From a virus (taxonomy: Duplodnaviria; Heunggongvirae; Uroviricota; Caudoviricetes), in IMG/VR virus record IMGVR_UViG_2795385694_000001: a stretch of 64,000 bases of DNA; one strand, written 5' to 3'. The notes under the pieces were generated by a model. The model had not been told where the DNA came from and made no database searches. It saw nothing but the letters and a program-made list of their open reading frames with translations. The translations under genes were made by a program, and so were the position numbers. Below are positions 41,792-52,209 of the stretch, piece by piece (the first letter of the stretch is position 1; each line of letters starts with the position of its first letter).

Positions 41792-43182
41792 TTCGCGGCC
41801 TCCTTGTAGGCCTCGAGGATCTCCTTCGGGACACTGGCAAGAATCTTCTTGGCACGTGCGATGTTGCCCTTGTCGGTAACCGCGCCTTCACCTGCAGCAG
41901 TGCGGATTACGCGCTGTAGTGCGTCCTCATCACCCAGAACGGCAAGGCGCTCGATGAGCTCGGCGTGCTCCATGCCATCGTCGTTCAACAGCATTCCAGC
42001 CAGCGTGTCCACGGGGCCCTCACCCGGGGTGCGGTAAATCGAGCGAGACTCCCAGCGATTGGTCAGCTCGAAGTAGATGCGGTTCAGCTTCAGCCGATCG
42101 TCATCAGTGAACATGTCATCCTCTCCAGCCTGAGCTGAGAATTCGAGTAGGTAGTTGTTGAAGACGTCCCACGGAAAGTTCGGCCCCACGTCGGTGTGGT
42201 TGCCGATACCAAGGCCGACAGTGATTCCGTTGTGGTCGGTAATTCCGTCAGTGGTAGGAAGCTGCGAATACTTGTTTCCCACAAGGATCTGGACCGGAAT
42301 CCCGTACTTCACACAGTCCTGCACAGCCAAGTAAGCAGAGACTCGAATTGCTTTGTCGTACTTCTGAAGCCATTCGATGCGGCTCATTGAGGCGTAAGAT
42401 CCTGCGAACACCTGATTGATCGTGTATCCATTGGCATCCAACACAGACCATGAAGCGTCGTCGGTGTCAACGAGATCCAACGTCTTCCCGTCTGGATCAA
42501 TCACGTAGTGGTAAGAGACACCCGCACCGGCCATATAGTTGACCAGGTCCATACCAAGTGCGTTGCCCTCTTCGGTGTGGAGGACGATCAGGCGTGGCTT
42601 TCGACCATTGCGCGACTGCCAATTTGGAGCCCACTGCCCGATAATGTTCTCCTCTTCAAAGAACCTCGGCGGCAGAACAATCCCAGTGGTCAGTCGGTTG
42701 AAGTACTCAACAGCCACTCCCATTGCCTGGTCGTAACGATCGGGGAACGCGGAGCGCTGTACTTTCTGGGCACACTGGCCCGGGGTAAGCCCAGGATCGT
42801 TGTAATCGAACGCTTTAAGCCCAAACTTGCGAGGGTTCGCCAGATGGTCATAAAACATGGCAGCAGCCTTGTAAGGGTCCATGCGATCATCGAGCGAACC
42901 CCACTCAGGAAAGTTCTGCTGCTGAAACTCATTAACGGACGTACCGTCCGTTCCCACCGCGTCATACTTGAACCTCTTGTCAAGGGACTCTGGGTAATTC
43001 GAGTTTGCGTACATCACGAACTTCGACTCCACCCACGCGGTGGCCAGCGCAATGTGGATGCCGCGTGAAGTGATGCCGAGATCCTGCCCGCAACGAATGA
43101 CGATCCGTGCGATGTCGTCCTTGGTGTAGAACATGAAGCCCTTAAGGGGTGTCAGCGATGATGATGTCGGAGATCTCCACAC
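41788..43182 (-). CDS. lysA: lysin A (endolysin with amidase-2/PGRP-type domain)
   Basis: RLIVLHTEEGNALGMDLVNYMAGAGVSYHYVIDPDG...DASWSV is an N-acetylmuramoyl-L-alanine amidase signature; multidomain, 464 aa. Confidence 0.85.
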   Translation of the reverse strand: MWRSPTSSSLTPLKGFMFYTKDDIARIVIRCGQDLGITSRGIHIALATAWVESKFVMYANSNYPESLDKRFKYDAVGTDGTSVNEFQQQNFPEWGSLDDRMDPYKAAAMFYDHLANPRKFGLKAFDYNDPGLTPGQCAQKVQRSAFPDRYDQAMGVAVEYFNRLTTGIVLPPRFFEEENIIGQWAPNWQSRNGRKPRLIVLHTEEGNALGMDLVNYMAGAGVSYHYVIDPDGKTLDLVDTDDASWSVLDANGYTINQVFAGSYASMSRIEWLQKYDKAIRVSAYLAVQDCVKYGIPVQILVGNKYSQLPTTDGITDHNGITVGLGIGNHTDVGPNFPWDVFNNYLLEFSAQAGEDDMFTDDDRLKLNRIYFELTNRWESRSIYRTPGEGPVDTLAGMLLNDDGMEHAELIERLAVLGDEDALQRVIRTAAGEGAVTDKGNIARAKKILASVPKEILEAYKEAAK

Positions 43183-44146
43183 CTGGTGTCAGGAGATCCG
43201 ACTTAAATCCGAGGCCGAAATAGCGCTCGCCCTCACCGTGGTTCACGAGCTGCGTTGTGTCTGTCCAGCTGACAATCGGCGTCAACGAGGTACCGACGTA
43301 CAGTGAGTACGCATTGGTGAGTGGGTTGTATTCGGCGGTGTAGTTCTGGTTAGTGGCAGTGGTGTACTGCACCGGAGTGACGCGACTCTGCGTGGTAACT
43401 GGGCCCGTCCCGGTAACAACCTCGACAGTGTCGTGCTGCCACAGGCCATTCAGAAAGACACCATTGTGTTTCAGTGCCGCATAATTGGTCATGTCGTAGT
43501 TCGAACAGATCGCAATCCACGCGGTGCCAGAACCGAATCGAATCGTGTTGTATGTCAGGCGAATCGCATCGGTTTTCAAGGGCGCGTAGTACAGCATGGC
43601 CACGTCGTCAAACAACGTAGGTCCACCACCAGCGCCATCGGTAATCGATGCCGCCGCGACCGCATTCGGAAGGCTGCGGTACGCGTTGTCGTAGACGCGC
43701 GGCTTGCCATTCATGATGCGCCACGCAGGATCCACCACGAAGCCGGGAGTGCCGAAGCTGTAGCGGTACTGCACACCATCGAACTCGCCAGACTGAGGCG
43801 GTGCATCAGGGAATGGAGCTTCGCTTCGAATCACAGTTCCCTGTAGCTCGAGCCGGGGCTCATCCAACTCCGGGGTCTGAATATGCAGAGTCCACGAAGC
43901 GCCACGCGGCAAGGCATTCGAAATAGCCTTGGCCTCAAGGAAGGTCACTGTAGAACCAGCGACAATGCCTTCAAATGTGGCGAGCGTCTGGCTATAAGTG
44001 TTTTTGATCGTCAGGAATGCTGTAGTTCCAGATGGGAACTTCTTACCACCACTGAGCGTGTACTTATAGTGAAGCGGATTGTCGCGATTCAGCTCAAGAG
44101 GCTGGTTGCTGAGAACCCGAGTCGAAGGCGTCCAAATCGCCATCAA
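43142..44146 (-). CDS. minor tail protein (putative)
   Basis: Position at the distal end of the tail gene block; beta-rich composition. Confidence 0.45.
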   Translation of the reverse strand: MMAIWTPSTRVLSNQPLELNRDNPLHYKYTLSGGKKFPSGTTAFLTIKNTYSQTLATFEGIVAGSTVTFLEAKAISNALPRGASWTLHIQTPELDEPRLELQGTVIRSEAPFPDAPPQSGEFDGVQYRYSFGTPGFVVDPAWRIMNGKPRVYDNAYRSLPNAVAAASITDGAGGGPTLFDDVAMLYYAPLKTDAIRLTYNTIRFGSGTAWIAICSNYDMTNYAALKHNGVFLNGLWQHDTVEVVTGTGPVTTQSRVTPVQYTTATNQNYTAEYNPLTNAYSLYVGTSLTPIVSWTDTTQLVNHGEGERYFGLGFKSDLLTPGVEISDIIIADTP

Positions 44147-44165
44147 AACTCTCTCTTTCAGTGTA

Positions 44166-44522
44166 TCAGGAGACGCGCTTCGCGAGATTGATCTTGCGGC
44201 GCAATGCGATACGCTCTTCTTCGTTCAGTCCGGTAATCTTCGGGAACAGGTCATCCAGGATGTCCGTAAGCCCGGTGACCGCGCCCACCAGCTGATCCAA
44301 CCGGTCGCGAAGTTCCGCATTCTCCTTGCGCACTTCCTCGCGGATTGCGGTGGAGATAGCCGAAAGTACTTGCGCTTCATCGACCTTGCGCTTACGTCGA
44401 CCTGTTGCGAGCTCAATAATCTTGCTCAGCACACCACCAGCGGCCAGGGCCCCAAACAGGGAGACCACTGTCTCGGCGTCAAGATCAATGAGCTCGTCCA
44501 CCAGGCTCACAACTCGGCCCAA
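44166..44522 (-). CDS. hypothetical protein
   Basis: TTG or GTG start; helical. Confidence 0.4.
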   Translation of the reverse strand: MGRVVSLVDELIDLDAETVVSLFGALAAGGVLSKIIELATGRRKRKVDEAQVLSAISTAIREEVRKENAELRDRLDQLVGAVTGLTDILDDLFPKITGLNEEERIALRRKINLAKRVS

Positions 44523-44667
44523 TCTGCTACCTCAGCTTCGGGGGCGTAGTGCCCACCAACTTCTGAGTGCATCACCGCCCACTTGCCATCGGTGCGCTGA
44601 ATGGCTACGGCCATTCGGTCGGGGGACACGCGAATCACTGGATTCGTGTTGTCAGTCAATGTGTTTC

Positions 44668-46254
44668 CTATACAGATGCGGTGTTGTCGTGTCCTGGGAC
44701 ATCGACATCACGTGCCGCCTCAACAACGGAGAGCCCTCTGTCCTCCGGGGAAACGACACCAAGACGATCAACCGCCGCGATACTCATAGCCCGCTCGGTC
44801 TCACCCACAGTTGCGCTGCGTTCGCTTTCATTTACCGCGATATCGCGTTCAGTTTGAGGAACATTGACGGATCGATCGACTGGATCGATATAGACGATCT
44901 CGCGGATGGATCCGAACCATGCCCACATCGATGCGTTTACCGACAAGTCGGCATCAGCGGTGAACTTCGCCCCGACCGTTCCGGTTCCAAGAACCTCTAC
45001 CGCCAAGCTGGCAGCTGCCGCGTAGTTCACCTGCGCTGCTGCGGTCATAGCCGCGATCAGATCTAGGTTGGTATCTGCGACATTTCCACCAGTCGAATCT
45101 GGAGTACTGTCGAACTCTATTCCCAGCGCTGCTTCTGCGCTGACGGTCTTGTATGCCTCTGCGGTGATAAAGGCCATCGCCACTAGGTTCGCGGCCAGGC
45201 TTCCCTGATACTTCAGTCCAGCTTCAAGGCCAGCACCAACGCCGAGTGCGCTCCCAATCGCTTGCCCGCGTGCTGCCACTGCAGTGACAGCGGTAACCAG
45301 ATTCAGGGCGCTCGCGACACCGAGGTCTACATTCGCACCTGCCAGCAACGAAGCTGTCAGGGCGAGATTTACGTCCCCTACCCCGTACTCGGTGGCTGCA
45401 GCTGAGGTGGACGTGTTTACCGCCAGCGAGGCTGCCCCGTTCAATACCTTGACGATCGCACCGACTGGCGTAGACGAGAGAAACAGGCTCGACTGAACCT
45501 TGGCGTCATACCGATTGATACCAACGGGTGTGGCCGCAGCGGAAAGATTCGCACCCATGGACTGGCCCCGAGAGCCGGTCACGGATGACGTGGCGGTTAC
45601 TGCCAAGGCTGCACCCACGACAGCGCTGTTAGTCAGTCGTGCGGTGGGCGATGCGATAGCCGAAAGATTGGCGTCAGCTGTCCAAGCGACTGGCTCGTAC
45701 CAGGCGAAGAACCAGATCTGCCCACCACCACCAGGCCGTCCTGGCTTCACACCGATCGTAAAGAATCCGCCCGTGCCTGGACCACCACCGCCGCCTGGCG
45801 CTAGGCCATCGTTGTTGGCAGCGGCTGTACCGCCACCTGTATAGGCATTACCGTTGTAGGTGATGCTCCCAGGCGACTCTCCAGGAGTGTTCTTACCGTT
45901 TCCCGCATAGGCACCAGCACCGCCAGCACCACCAGCAGCAGTCGTGGTGGAGCCATTGAATGTCGCGGATGATCCGCCCCCAGCTCCACCGGCTTTCTCA
46001 ATCGGGCCTGCGGAGCCGCTGGCTCCAACCGACCAATCAATATTGGGCGCGGCCCAAGAAGCCCCTGGTGGACGAGTAAGCGTGAAGGTCTGCCATGACC
46101 CTTTCTTGCCGCCCTCGCCTGTGGTGTTCTGGCCACCGTCACCGCCACCGCCACCACCGCCAGCTCCAAGGAGGATTACATCTACCCGGTTCGCTTCGGG
46201 TGGCAGCACGTAAGAACCGGAGCCTGACGTATATGTAGTCGACCCCAGCGCCAT
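44668..46254 (-). CDS. minor tail protein with Gly-rich (collagen-like) segment
   Basis: GGGGGGGDGGQ and GGAGG repeats typical of actinophage minor tail proteins. Confidence 0.6.
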   Translation of the reverse strand: MALGSTTYTSGSGSYVLPPEANRVDVILLGAGGGGGGGDGGQNTTGEGGKKGSWQTFTLTRPPGASWAAPNIDWSVGASGSAGPIEKAGGAGGGSSATFNGSTTTAAGGAGGAGAYAGNGKNTPGESPGSITYNGNAYTGGGTAAANNDGLAPGGGGGPGTGGFFTIGVKPGRPGGGGQIWFFAWYEPVAWTADANLSAIASPTARLTNSAVVGAALAVTATSSVTGSRGQSMGANLSAAATPVGINRYDAKVQSSLFLSSTPVGAIVKVLNGAASLAVNTSTSAAATEYGVGDVNLALTASLLAGANVDLGVASALNLVTAVTAVAARGQAIGSALGVGAGLEAGLKYQGSLAANLVAMAFITAEAYKTVSAEAALGIEFDSTPDSTGGNVADTNLDLIAAMTAAAQVNYAAAASLAVEVLGTGTVGAKFTADADLSVNASMWAWFGSIREIVYIDPVDRSVNVPQTERDIAVNESERSATVGETERAMSIAAVDRLGVVSPEDRGLSVVEAARDVDVPGHDNTASV

Positions 46255-46644
46255 TTACGCCGCCAGAGGGCCCAGGGACAAGCCGCAGTTAGTCAGGGTC
46301 AAGGTGTCACCCGACTGAACACTCTTCGGGACAGACAGAACAGCCGACCACTGAAAGTTGCCTCCGGTAGAAGCGTCCCAGATCGAAATATGGGTGATGG
46401 TTTCAGTGGCGGTCATTGACCAGGACGGGTTCGTTCCGGTCAGTGCAATAGCACCAGATGCAGCCGCAGCGAATGCTGCCTGACTCCTCGCGGATACAGC
46501 CGATCCTGCAGCGGTGCCAGCCGCGCCCGGGTCTGCGGTGTGAAGCCGTACCCATAGGCCACCGGGCTGAGCCCAGGCGGTCCCACCACGTAGGTGGTCA
46601 AGAATCTTATTGGCAAGATTGGCAGTGTGAAGACCAACGGTCAT
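46255..46644 (-). CDS. hypothetical tail-associated protein
   Basis: ORF track; synteny. Confidence 0.45.
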   Translation of the reverse strand: MTVGLHTANLANKILDHLRGGTAWAQPGGLWVRLHTADPGAAGTAAGSAVSARSQAAFAAAASGAIALTGTNPSWSMTATETITHISIWDASTGGNFQWSAVLSVPKSVQSGDTLTLTNCGLSLGPLAA

Positions 46645-46730
46645 TCGGAATCCTTTGAATCACTTGGTCGCTCAACCTCAGCGTCTGCCCACGCCGTTAG
46701 AGCGAAAACGATCTCAGTAGGCTCGTTCAC

Positions 46731-47012
46731 CTACATCTCCTTGATTTCGACCGTGAAAGTTCGGTCATCCTCACGACCACCGTTGGTAATGACGTGAACG
46801 GTGACGTCGTACTTACTTCCGGCTGCACCGGCAGAGACCCAAACAGTCACTGCGTCAACCGTGTTTGAGACAGTTCCGACAGTCAGGCCGCCAGTTGGGG
46901 ACACCGTCGCCGTTGCCGACGTGATCGTGTCGCCAGGGGCAAGCCAGTCAGCCCAATTAAGGGTGTAGTCGAGAACCGCGTCAGGATCCTGTTTAAATGT
47001 CCTGAGCGACAA
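46731..47012 (-). CDS. hypothetical protein
   Basis: ORF track. Confidence 0.45.
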   Translation of the reverse strand: MSLRTFKQDPDAVLDYTLNWADWLAPGDTITSATATVSPTGGLTVGTVSNTVDAVTVWVSAGAAGSKYDVTVHVITNGGREDDRTFTVEIKEM

Positions 47013-47021
47013 AGTAACTCC

Positions 47022-47348
47022 CTAAGACTTAGGAATGGATTCGTAACCCATGGCCGAAAGCGCCGCATCATGTGACGAGCACTCTTCAATCCGGCACAGC
47101 GGAGTCAGCCCATTGGCTGGGTTGAAGTCCGCGTCAAGAACCACCGCGTTCTCGTCTGACAGGAAGACGTCAACTGTCTTCGGCAGGTGGAGCATGTTCA
47201 CCGGAATGCCAAGCAGATTGCCCAGGGACTCGGCAGACGCAACAGTGATCAGTAGGTACCACGTTGTGTCACCATCCGAGCAGCGGTAGTGATTAGTCTT
47301 CGGGCAGAACTGCGGTAGAAACTCCGAAATCAGTTCGGCTGTATGCAT
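47022..47348 (-). CDS. hypothetical protein
   Basis: Start at MHTAEL with TAATG coupling; the long track form (MRWWRWRW...) is an artefact of G-rich overlap. Confidence 0.45.
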   Translation of the reverse strand: MHTAELISEFLPQFCPKTNHYRCSDGDTTWYLLITVASAESLGNLLGIPVNMLHLPKTVDVFLSDENAVVLDADFNPANGLTPLCRIEECSSHDAALSAMGYESIPKS

Positions 47349-49018
47349 TAACCCTCTTTCCAGAACACCCACAGCACACCACTGGCCCCGGGGCCTCCTG
47401 TACCGCCCGATCCTTTGCTTCCGGTGTCGTAGCCAGCGCCACCACCCCCGCCACCCCCGCCACCACCGGGGTATCCGCCAGCACCACCATTCCCGCCCTT
47501 GGCCTGAGCCAAAGTGCCGGTCGGGTTTCCACCGCCACCGCCACCGCCACCGCCACCACCGCATTTGGTGTCGACCCCAGCGGATACTGACTCTCCAGCC
47601 GTCCCGTTTGTTGCCGGTAGTGCGCTAGGTGATCCACCAGTTCCGCCTACCGCAGATGCGGACGCGACTCCGGTTCGACCTGTGGTTCCATAGTTGGCCG
47701 ATGTTCCGGCTTTATAACCACCGGTGCCACCTGCCCCGCCACTGCCAGGTGTGGACGACGTTGCCAGGAAGGCGAATTCGCTCTTGCTTTGGATACCGCC
47801 AGCACCAGCGACAGTCGTCAAATAGGACCCAAACGATGTGTCGTTGCCATTCGTTCCGATTGTTACGTTGACCGGCCAAGTAATGGCAGACGGGTCGAGC
47901 CCTAGCTTCAGGAACCCGCCGTTCAGACCACCAGAACCGGCAGCCCCACCAGCTGACGTGGTTCCACTAGATCCACCAAACCCGTTACTACCAGAGCCAA
48001 TTCCGATAACGAATACTTCGCTAAGATTTGCAGCCGGTTTCTCGTAGGACTGCGATGAAACGATTGTGTCCACGGTGTAGCCGTTGATTACGGCTTGCTT
48101 GATCGCCTCGATAGTCGTCTTGACTTCAGCTGGCGAGCCTGTCGCGGACGATCCACCGAACCAGCCATTGGTGATCGCCTGAAAGCCCCCGACAACGACG
48201 TTTCCGAGATCTACCAGGCCCTCAACAGCACTCTTCGCCACCTCACCAACCAGCTTGGAGGCGTCATACCCACCTTCGCCATTCAGGTGAGACGTCTTGC
48301 CAGTGATGGCATTCCACCAGTCCTTGACATCTTGGAGAGCCTGGTTGATAGGCGTGACCAAGACACCACGGAAGATGTCAATGACCTGGTTGATCATGGA
48401 GTTGATGCCGTTAAGCACTCCCCCGAGGCCCGCGATCATATCCTGCGCAAACTGGCCGGAAACGATCTTCGAAGCGTCGAGGCCGGGAATCACACTGCCC
48501 GACAGCAGGCCACCGATCAGTGTGGCGAGCTTTCCCACCGGGGCGAGGATCATGTCAATGAAGTCAGCCGCAGCCGCAAGCGGATTGAACGACGGCGAGT
48601 TGAAGTCGATGTGCGCGAGGAACTTCTTCAGATTGTCGAACCAGAGCTTCAGCTCAGCGATTCCGCCATCCGCGATACCGGTGATCCACTTGACGATGTC
48701 ACCGAGAAGCGGAACTTCCTTGAGACTGTTGAGGAATGCCTCCATTCCCTCGTCAAGATTGATATTCAACCCGGGGAACAGACGATTTACCAACGCCTCG
48801 AGGATCGCAAGAGGCAGTCCCAGCGCCGCATTCAATCCATGGAAGATCGCATCAGACGCGTTATTCAGTGAACTGGTGTTCTGAACGCGCTGCTTGAGCA
48901 TCTCCTCAATGGGCCCACGCGTTCGACCAGCTAGATTGCCAAGCCCCGCACCAACAACGCCACCGTCATGTCCAGATAGGTCATACCCACTCGGATCGCT
49001 GCCAGTCGGCATCGTCAT
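47348..49018 (-). CDS. minor tail protein with Gly-rich C-terminus
   Basis: GGGGGGGGGGNP, GGNGGAGGYPGGGGGGGGG. Confidence 0.6.
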   Translation of the reverse strand: MTMPTGSDPSGYDLSGHDGGVVGAGLGNLAGRTRGPIEEMLKQRVQNTSSLNNASDAIFHGLNAALGLPLAILEALVNRLFPGLNINLDEGMEAFLNSLKEVPLLGDIVKWITGIADGGIAELKLWFDNLKKFLAHIDFNSPSFNPLAAAADFIDMILAPVGKLATLIGGLLSGSVIPGLDASKIVSGQFAQDMIAGLGGVLNGINSMINQVIDIFRGVLVTPINQALQDVKDWWNAITGKTSHLNGEGGYDASKLVGEVAKSAVEGLVDLGNVVVGGFQAITNGWFGGSSATGSPAEVKTTIEAIKQAVINGYTVDTIVSSQSYEKPAANLSEVFVIGIGSGSNGFGGSSGTTSAGGAAGSGGLNGGFLKLGLDPSAITWPVNVTIGTNGNDTSFGSYLTTVAGAGGIQSKSEFAFLATSSTPGSGGAGGTGGYKAGTSANYGTTGRTGVASASAVGGTGGSPSALPATNGTAGESVSAGVDTKCGGGGGGGGGGGNPTGTLAQAKGGNGGAGGYPGGGGGGGGGGAGYDTGSKGSGGTGGPGASGVLWVFWKEG

Positions 49019-49021
49019 GGG

Positions 49022-49477
49022 TTACTCCTTGGATTTGATGTACTCAGTGAGCAGGATCAATTTCTTGATCTCGGACTCGAACTGTTTGGAGATCTTGGCG
49101 CGCTCCTCATCGGAACCAGCCGCCTTGATCTTCTTGAGAAGTTCCGCATACTCGGGATGTTCTTCAGCGATATACCCAAGAACCTCTTCGGCTTTAGCCT
49201 TCAGGTCGTTGGACTTACCGAAGTCTTCTGGCTTCTCATCCACAATGTCCGCGACGGCGAACTGGCCCCCACCTACAGCCCACTTCGTGGCAAGCTCTGG
49301 GTGCCAACGCAATCCGAGTTTCCACCACAGTTCAGATGTGGGTTCCCAGGACTGAACGATCGCCATAACCTGGTTCGGATTCGCACCTGGTCGCGGATCA
49401 ACCATGCCTACGCCAAGGACCCAGGCCATTCCTTTAGGGTGCTCTGGATCGGGCGGATGAACATTAACCGGAGGCAT
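49022..49477 (-). CDS. hypothetical tail-associated protein
   Basis: ORF track; synteny. Confidence 0.45.
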   Translation of the reverse strand: MPPVNVHPPDPEHPKGMAWVLGVGMVDPRPGANPNQVMAIVQSWEPTSELWWKLGLRWHPELATKWAVGGGQFAVADIVDEKPEDFGKSNDLKAKAEEVLGYIAEEHPEYAELLKKIKAAGSDEERAKISKQFESEIKKLILLTEYIKSKE

Positions 49478-49522
49478 CTGCTCCTACCTCTATTGTCTCA
49501 CGGATTAGCCTGCAGGCCAGCA

Positions 49523-51292
49523 CTAACTAATGAGGTGGACACCGATGTTCTGGAGGATGTCCTTGATCTTCTTAGTTAGCCGAGCAAGACGTTCACCGAC
49601 CGACATTGCGGCCTTGTTCTGCCCGATCTTCACCTGGACGCTGAGTGGCGTATTGGACGCGTTATCCCATGAAGGAATGATCTCCTCGACCTGGGAAACG
49701 AAAATGCGGTCACCGTAACCACGGCTAGTGGAGCCGACGCGGGAACCAATTGCGAAGTGTGCACCCGGAATAATCCACGAGTTACCCCTCAAGGACAGTG
49801 TATGCGAGGTCTCAGACTTCGACGCCAGGAAACCACCACGTAGAGCGGCCAGCGCAGACAGCGACCACGAGTTGTTTTCAGCACCCTGCTGGTACAGCTC
49901 CCAAAGGTGCACCCACCCAAGGTTCTTCGCGCGGCCAGTGTTCTTCCATTCCAACCACGCGGCGATCGTGCCCACCAGGAATGGCATGATCACGTCAGCT
50001 GCGATGGTTCCCGCCGACGAGAATCCACCAAGTAGGAAGTATCCCAGGATATTTCCGGTGGTCTCGATGATCAAACGTGCGATGGCATCCGCTGCCGGGT
50101 TGTCACCACCAACCACCACAGACACTGCAGTGGCAGGGCTCCACGTGAGCTCGCTGGTCTCGACTGGAGACCAGCTCGAATCTCTGATGACCAACCACGG
50201 CATTTGCGCCAAGGTGGCAAGCCACCCGCTCCCGTAGTACTCGTCAGGATGGTAAGTCTCGTCATCTGCGATGACTGACGCGGTGTCCTCAATGAAGCCA
50301 CCGACATACTGCACGACCGAACGGACCATGCCATCTGCGATCGTTCCGCCGAGGAAGGTTCCGCCCAGGATGGGGTTGTAATACCCGCTGTCGTCAACGA
50401 TCTCGAAGATCAGTGCGCCATTCGCTGGAGTCTCAACGAACAGAATGCCGTTCTCAGTCTCGCCCTCATCGGAGAAGCAACGCCTCCACCTGATGGTCAG
50501 CTGTGCATCCTCCAGGGCGTCCGCGATCACCGAATCGATCGGGTTCATGCGGGTACCGAGGACGGTCCACAGGGACGAATCATCAAGCGGTAGTGGATTG
50601 GCCTTGATGTGACACTGCCAGTTCTCCCACTCGGTAGGCAGTAGCCCGAGCCACTGGCTGAGGTCGAATGGGTCGTCTGGCAGGTGATAGATAGGTGCCT
50701 GTACTCGAATCAGGTTGATCAGGATCATGATCGAGCAGGCCCATTTCGCAGGGCCCAGGATGGGTAGCACCCTTGGCCACTGGAAAACCGGGATAGGCAG
50801 GGCCGGGTTCGGGGGCCCGAGTAGGAACTGGAGGAACTGGAGGTCGTCGTTGAACGTTAGTTCCATGTACGCCATGCCATCTCGCATCTTCTTGGCATGG
50901 TGGTGAAGCAAGCCCGTCCAACGGAGCTTGCCGCCGAAGAAGTCGATACGGATGACAACGTTCTTGCGCGCGTGAGGATCATCAGGAATGGAGCGCATCC
51001 ACTCCGAGATGTAGTGATCGAAACGCAGCTCAAGCACACCCTGAGTGGAGGTGTTCTTCTTAAACGGGAACGAGGCCTTGATAGTGTCGCGGTAATCGAC
51101 ACGTCCGTAGTACTCGAGGCCTGGCGATCCGTCTTCCTTGTTGCGCCAGAAGGAGATCACCGGCTTTGCCATGCGAAGCCACATCAGCTCCTGGCGATAT
51201 GCCTCGACAGACTCATTGATGCCCGAGATCTCCTCGAGCGTCCTTAGGCTCATACAGCCCCCACTGGTCGGCTCCAGGGGCGCGAGTACCAC
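49523..51292 (-). CDS. minor tail protein
   Basis: 589 aa, immediately downstream of the tape measure gene. Confidence 0.55.
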   Translation of the reverse strand: MVLAPLEPTSGGCMSLRTLEEISGINESVEAYRQELMWLRMAKPVISFWRNKEDGSPGLEYYGRVDYRDTIKASFPFKKNTSTQGVLELRFDHYISEWMRSIPDDPHARKNVVIRIDFFGGKLRWTGLLHHHAKKMRDGMAYMELTFNDDLQFLQFLLGPPNPALPIPVFQWPRVLPILGPAKWACSIMILINLIRVQAPIYHLPDDPFDLSQWLGLLPTEWENWQCHIKANPLPLDDSSLWTVLGTRMNPIDSVIADALEDAQLTIRWRRCFSDEGETENGILFVETPANGALIFEIVDDSGYYNPILGGTFLGGTIADGMVRSVVQYVGGFIEDTASVIADDETYHPDEYYGSGWLATLAQMPWLVIRDSSWSPVETSELTWSPATAVSVVVGGDNPAADAIARLIIETTGNILGYFLLGGFSSAGTIAADVIMPFLVGTIAAWLEWKNTGRAKNLGWVHLWELYQQGAENNSWSLSALAALRGGFLASKSETSHTLSLRGNSWIIPGAHFAIGSRVGSTSRGYGDRIFVSQVEEIIPSWDNASNTPLSVQVKIGQNKAAMSVGERLARLTKKIKDILQNIGVHLIS

Positions 51293-52164
51293 TTAGGCAC
51301 CTCGAGCTGGAGGCGATAGCCACCAACGGCGTCCTTCACCTGAACCGGGAGGCGGCTATAAGTCCCGCCAGCAATCGGGTACAGAAGATCCTTACCCTTC
51401 CAGAGTCCCTGAAGATGAATACGGTTGGCTGCCATCAGGGTTTGCACTCGCGGGTCTGAGTTCGCAACACAGCCAGCGCCCTTGGGCAGGTACGGGAGCT
51501 CGACGGTTCTACCGGAGTCCTGGATGCCTCGCCCATACTCTTCGTTGCCAAAGGAGAAGTCGGGCAGACGCCAGCGCGCCTGGTCGGTGAGAGTCCACTT
51601 AGGCCAGACGGGAACGTCACAGTCAACATCAAGCTTGAAAGTGGTTCGACCACTGGCGGTGTCGCCGTCCCACTCGTAGAAGTCCGAGGGCCCCACAAAG
51701 AACGGCAACTCAGCGGCAACAGTCATCACGACGGTGCTGCAGGCATACAGCGCGGGGTCCTTGCCCTCCCAGGGACCGTCCTCGTATGCGCGGGGTTCTT
51801 CGAGAAGACGAACCCTCAAATCGCGGTAGCCATCCGAGGTGGTGAAGCGAATGGTCGCTTCCTTCACGTAGTCAAACGCGAACCGCCACTTGGAGTCGAC
51901 TGTGCGCCAAACCTCAGGGTCTCCCCCGTCATCAAAGATGTTGACGGTGAATACGACGTCCCTACGCTCCCATCGGAAGTCAACGAACGTCTGTCCATAC
52001 GCACCCGGAAGCCACATCGACTTGACCGGGGCATCGATCATCCCCTTGAGCTTGGGCATGAGCTCCACGCCCTGCTCACCCTTACCGGGCCCGGAGATAC
52101 AGAAGTACTCTCCGTGCACGCCGAAGATCTCAATCTTCGCGGTGTAATCGATTGTGTCCATCAC
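51250..52164 (-). CDS. minor tail protein
   Basis: Gene directly after the tape measure gene. Confidence 0.5.
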   Translation of the reverse strand: MMDTIDYTAKIEIFGVHGEYFCISGPGKGEQGVELMPKLKGMIDAPVKSMWLPGAYGQTFVDFRWERRDVVFTVNIFDDGGDPEVWRTVDSKWRFAFDYVKEATIRFTTSDGYRDLRVRLLEEPRAYEDGPWEGKDPALYACSTVVMTVAAELPFFVGPSDFYEWDGDTASGRTTFKLDVDCDVPVWPKWTLTDQARWRLPDFSFGNEEYGRGIQDSGRTVELPYLPKGAGCVANSDPRVQTLMAANRIHLQGLWKGKDLLYPIAGGTYSRLPVQVKDAVGGYRLQLEVPKWYSRPWSRPVGAV

Positions 52165-52209
52165 AAGTTTCCGTAGAATGGAAATGAAACGCGCAGCGGC
52201 AGTGTGCGT

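Noticed and set aside
47022-47564. Long form of the ORF beginning MRWWRWRWRWRW
   Set aside because: Its N-terminal 72 codons are the reverse-frame shadow of the Gly-rich coding region of the upstream minor tail gene. Trimmed to the ATG at 47348, which forms a TAATG junction.
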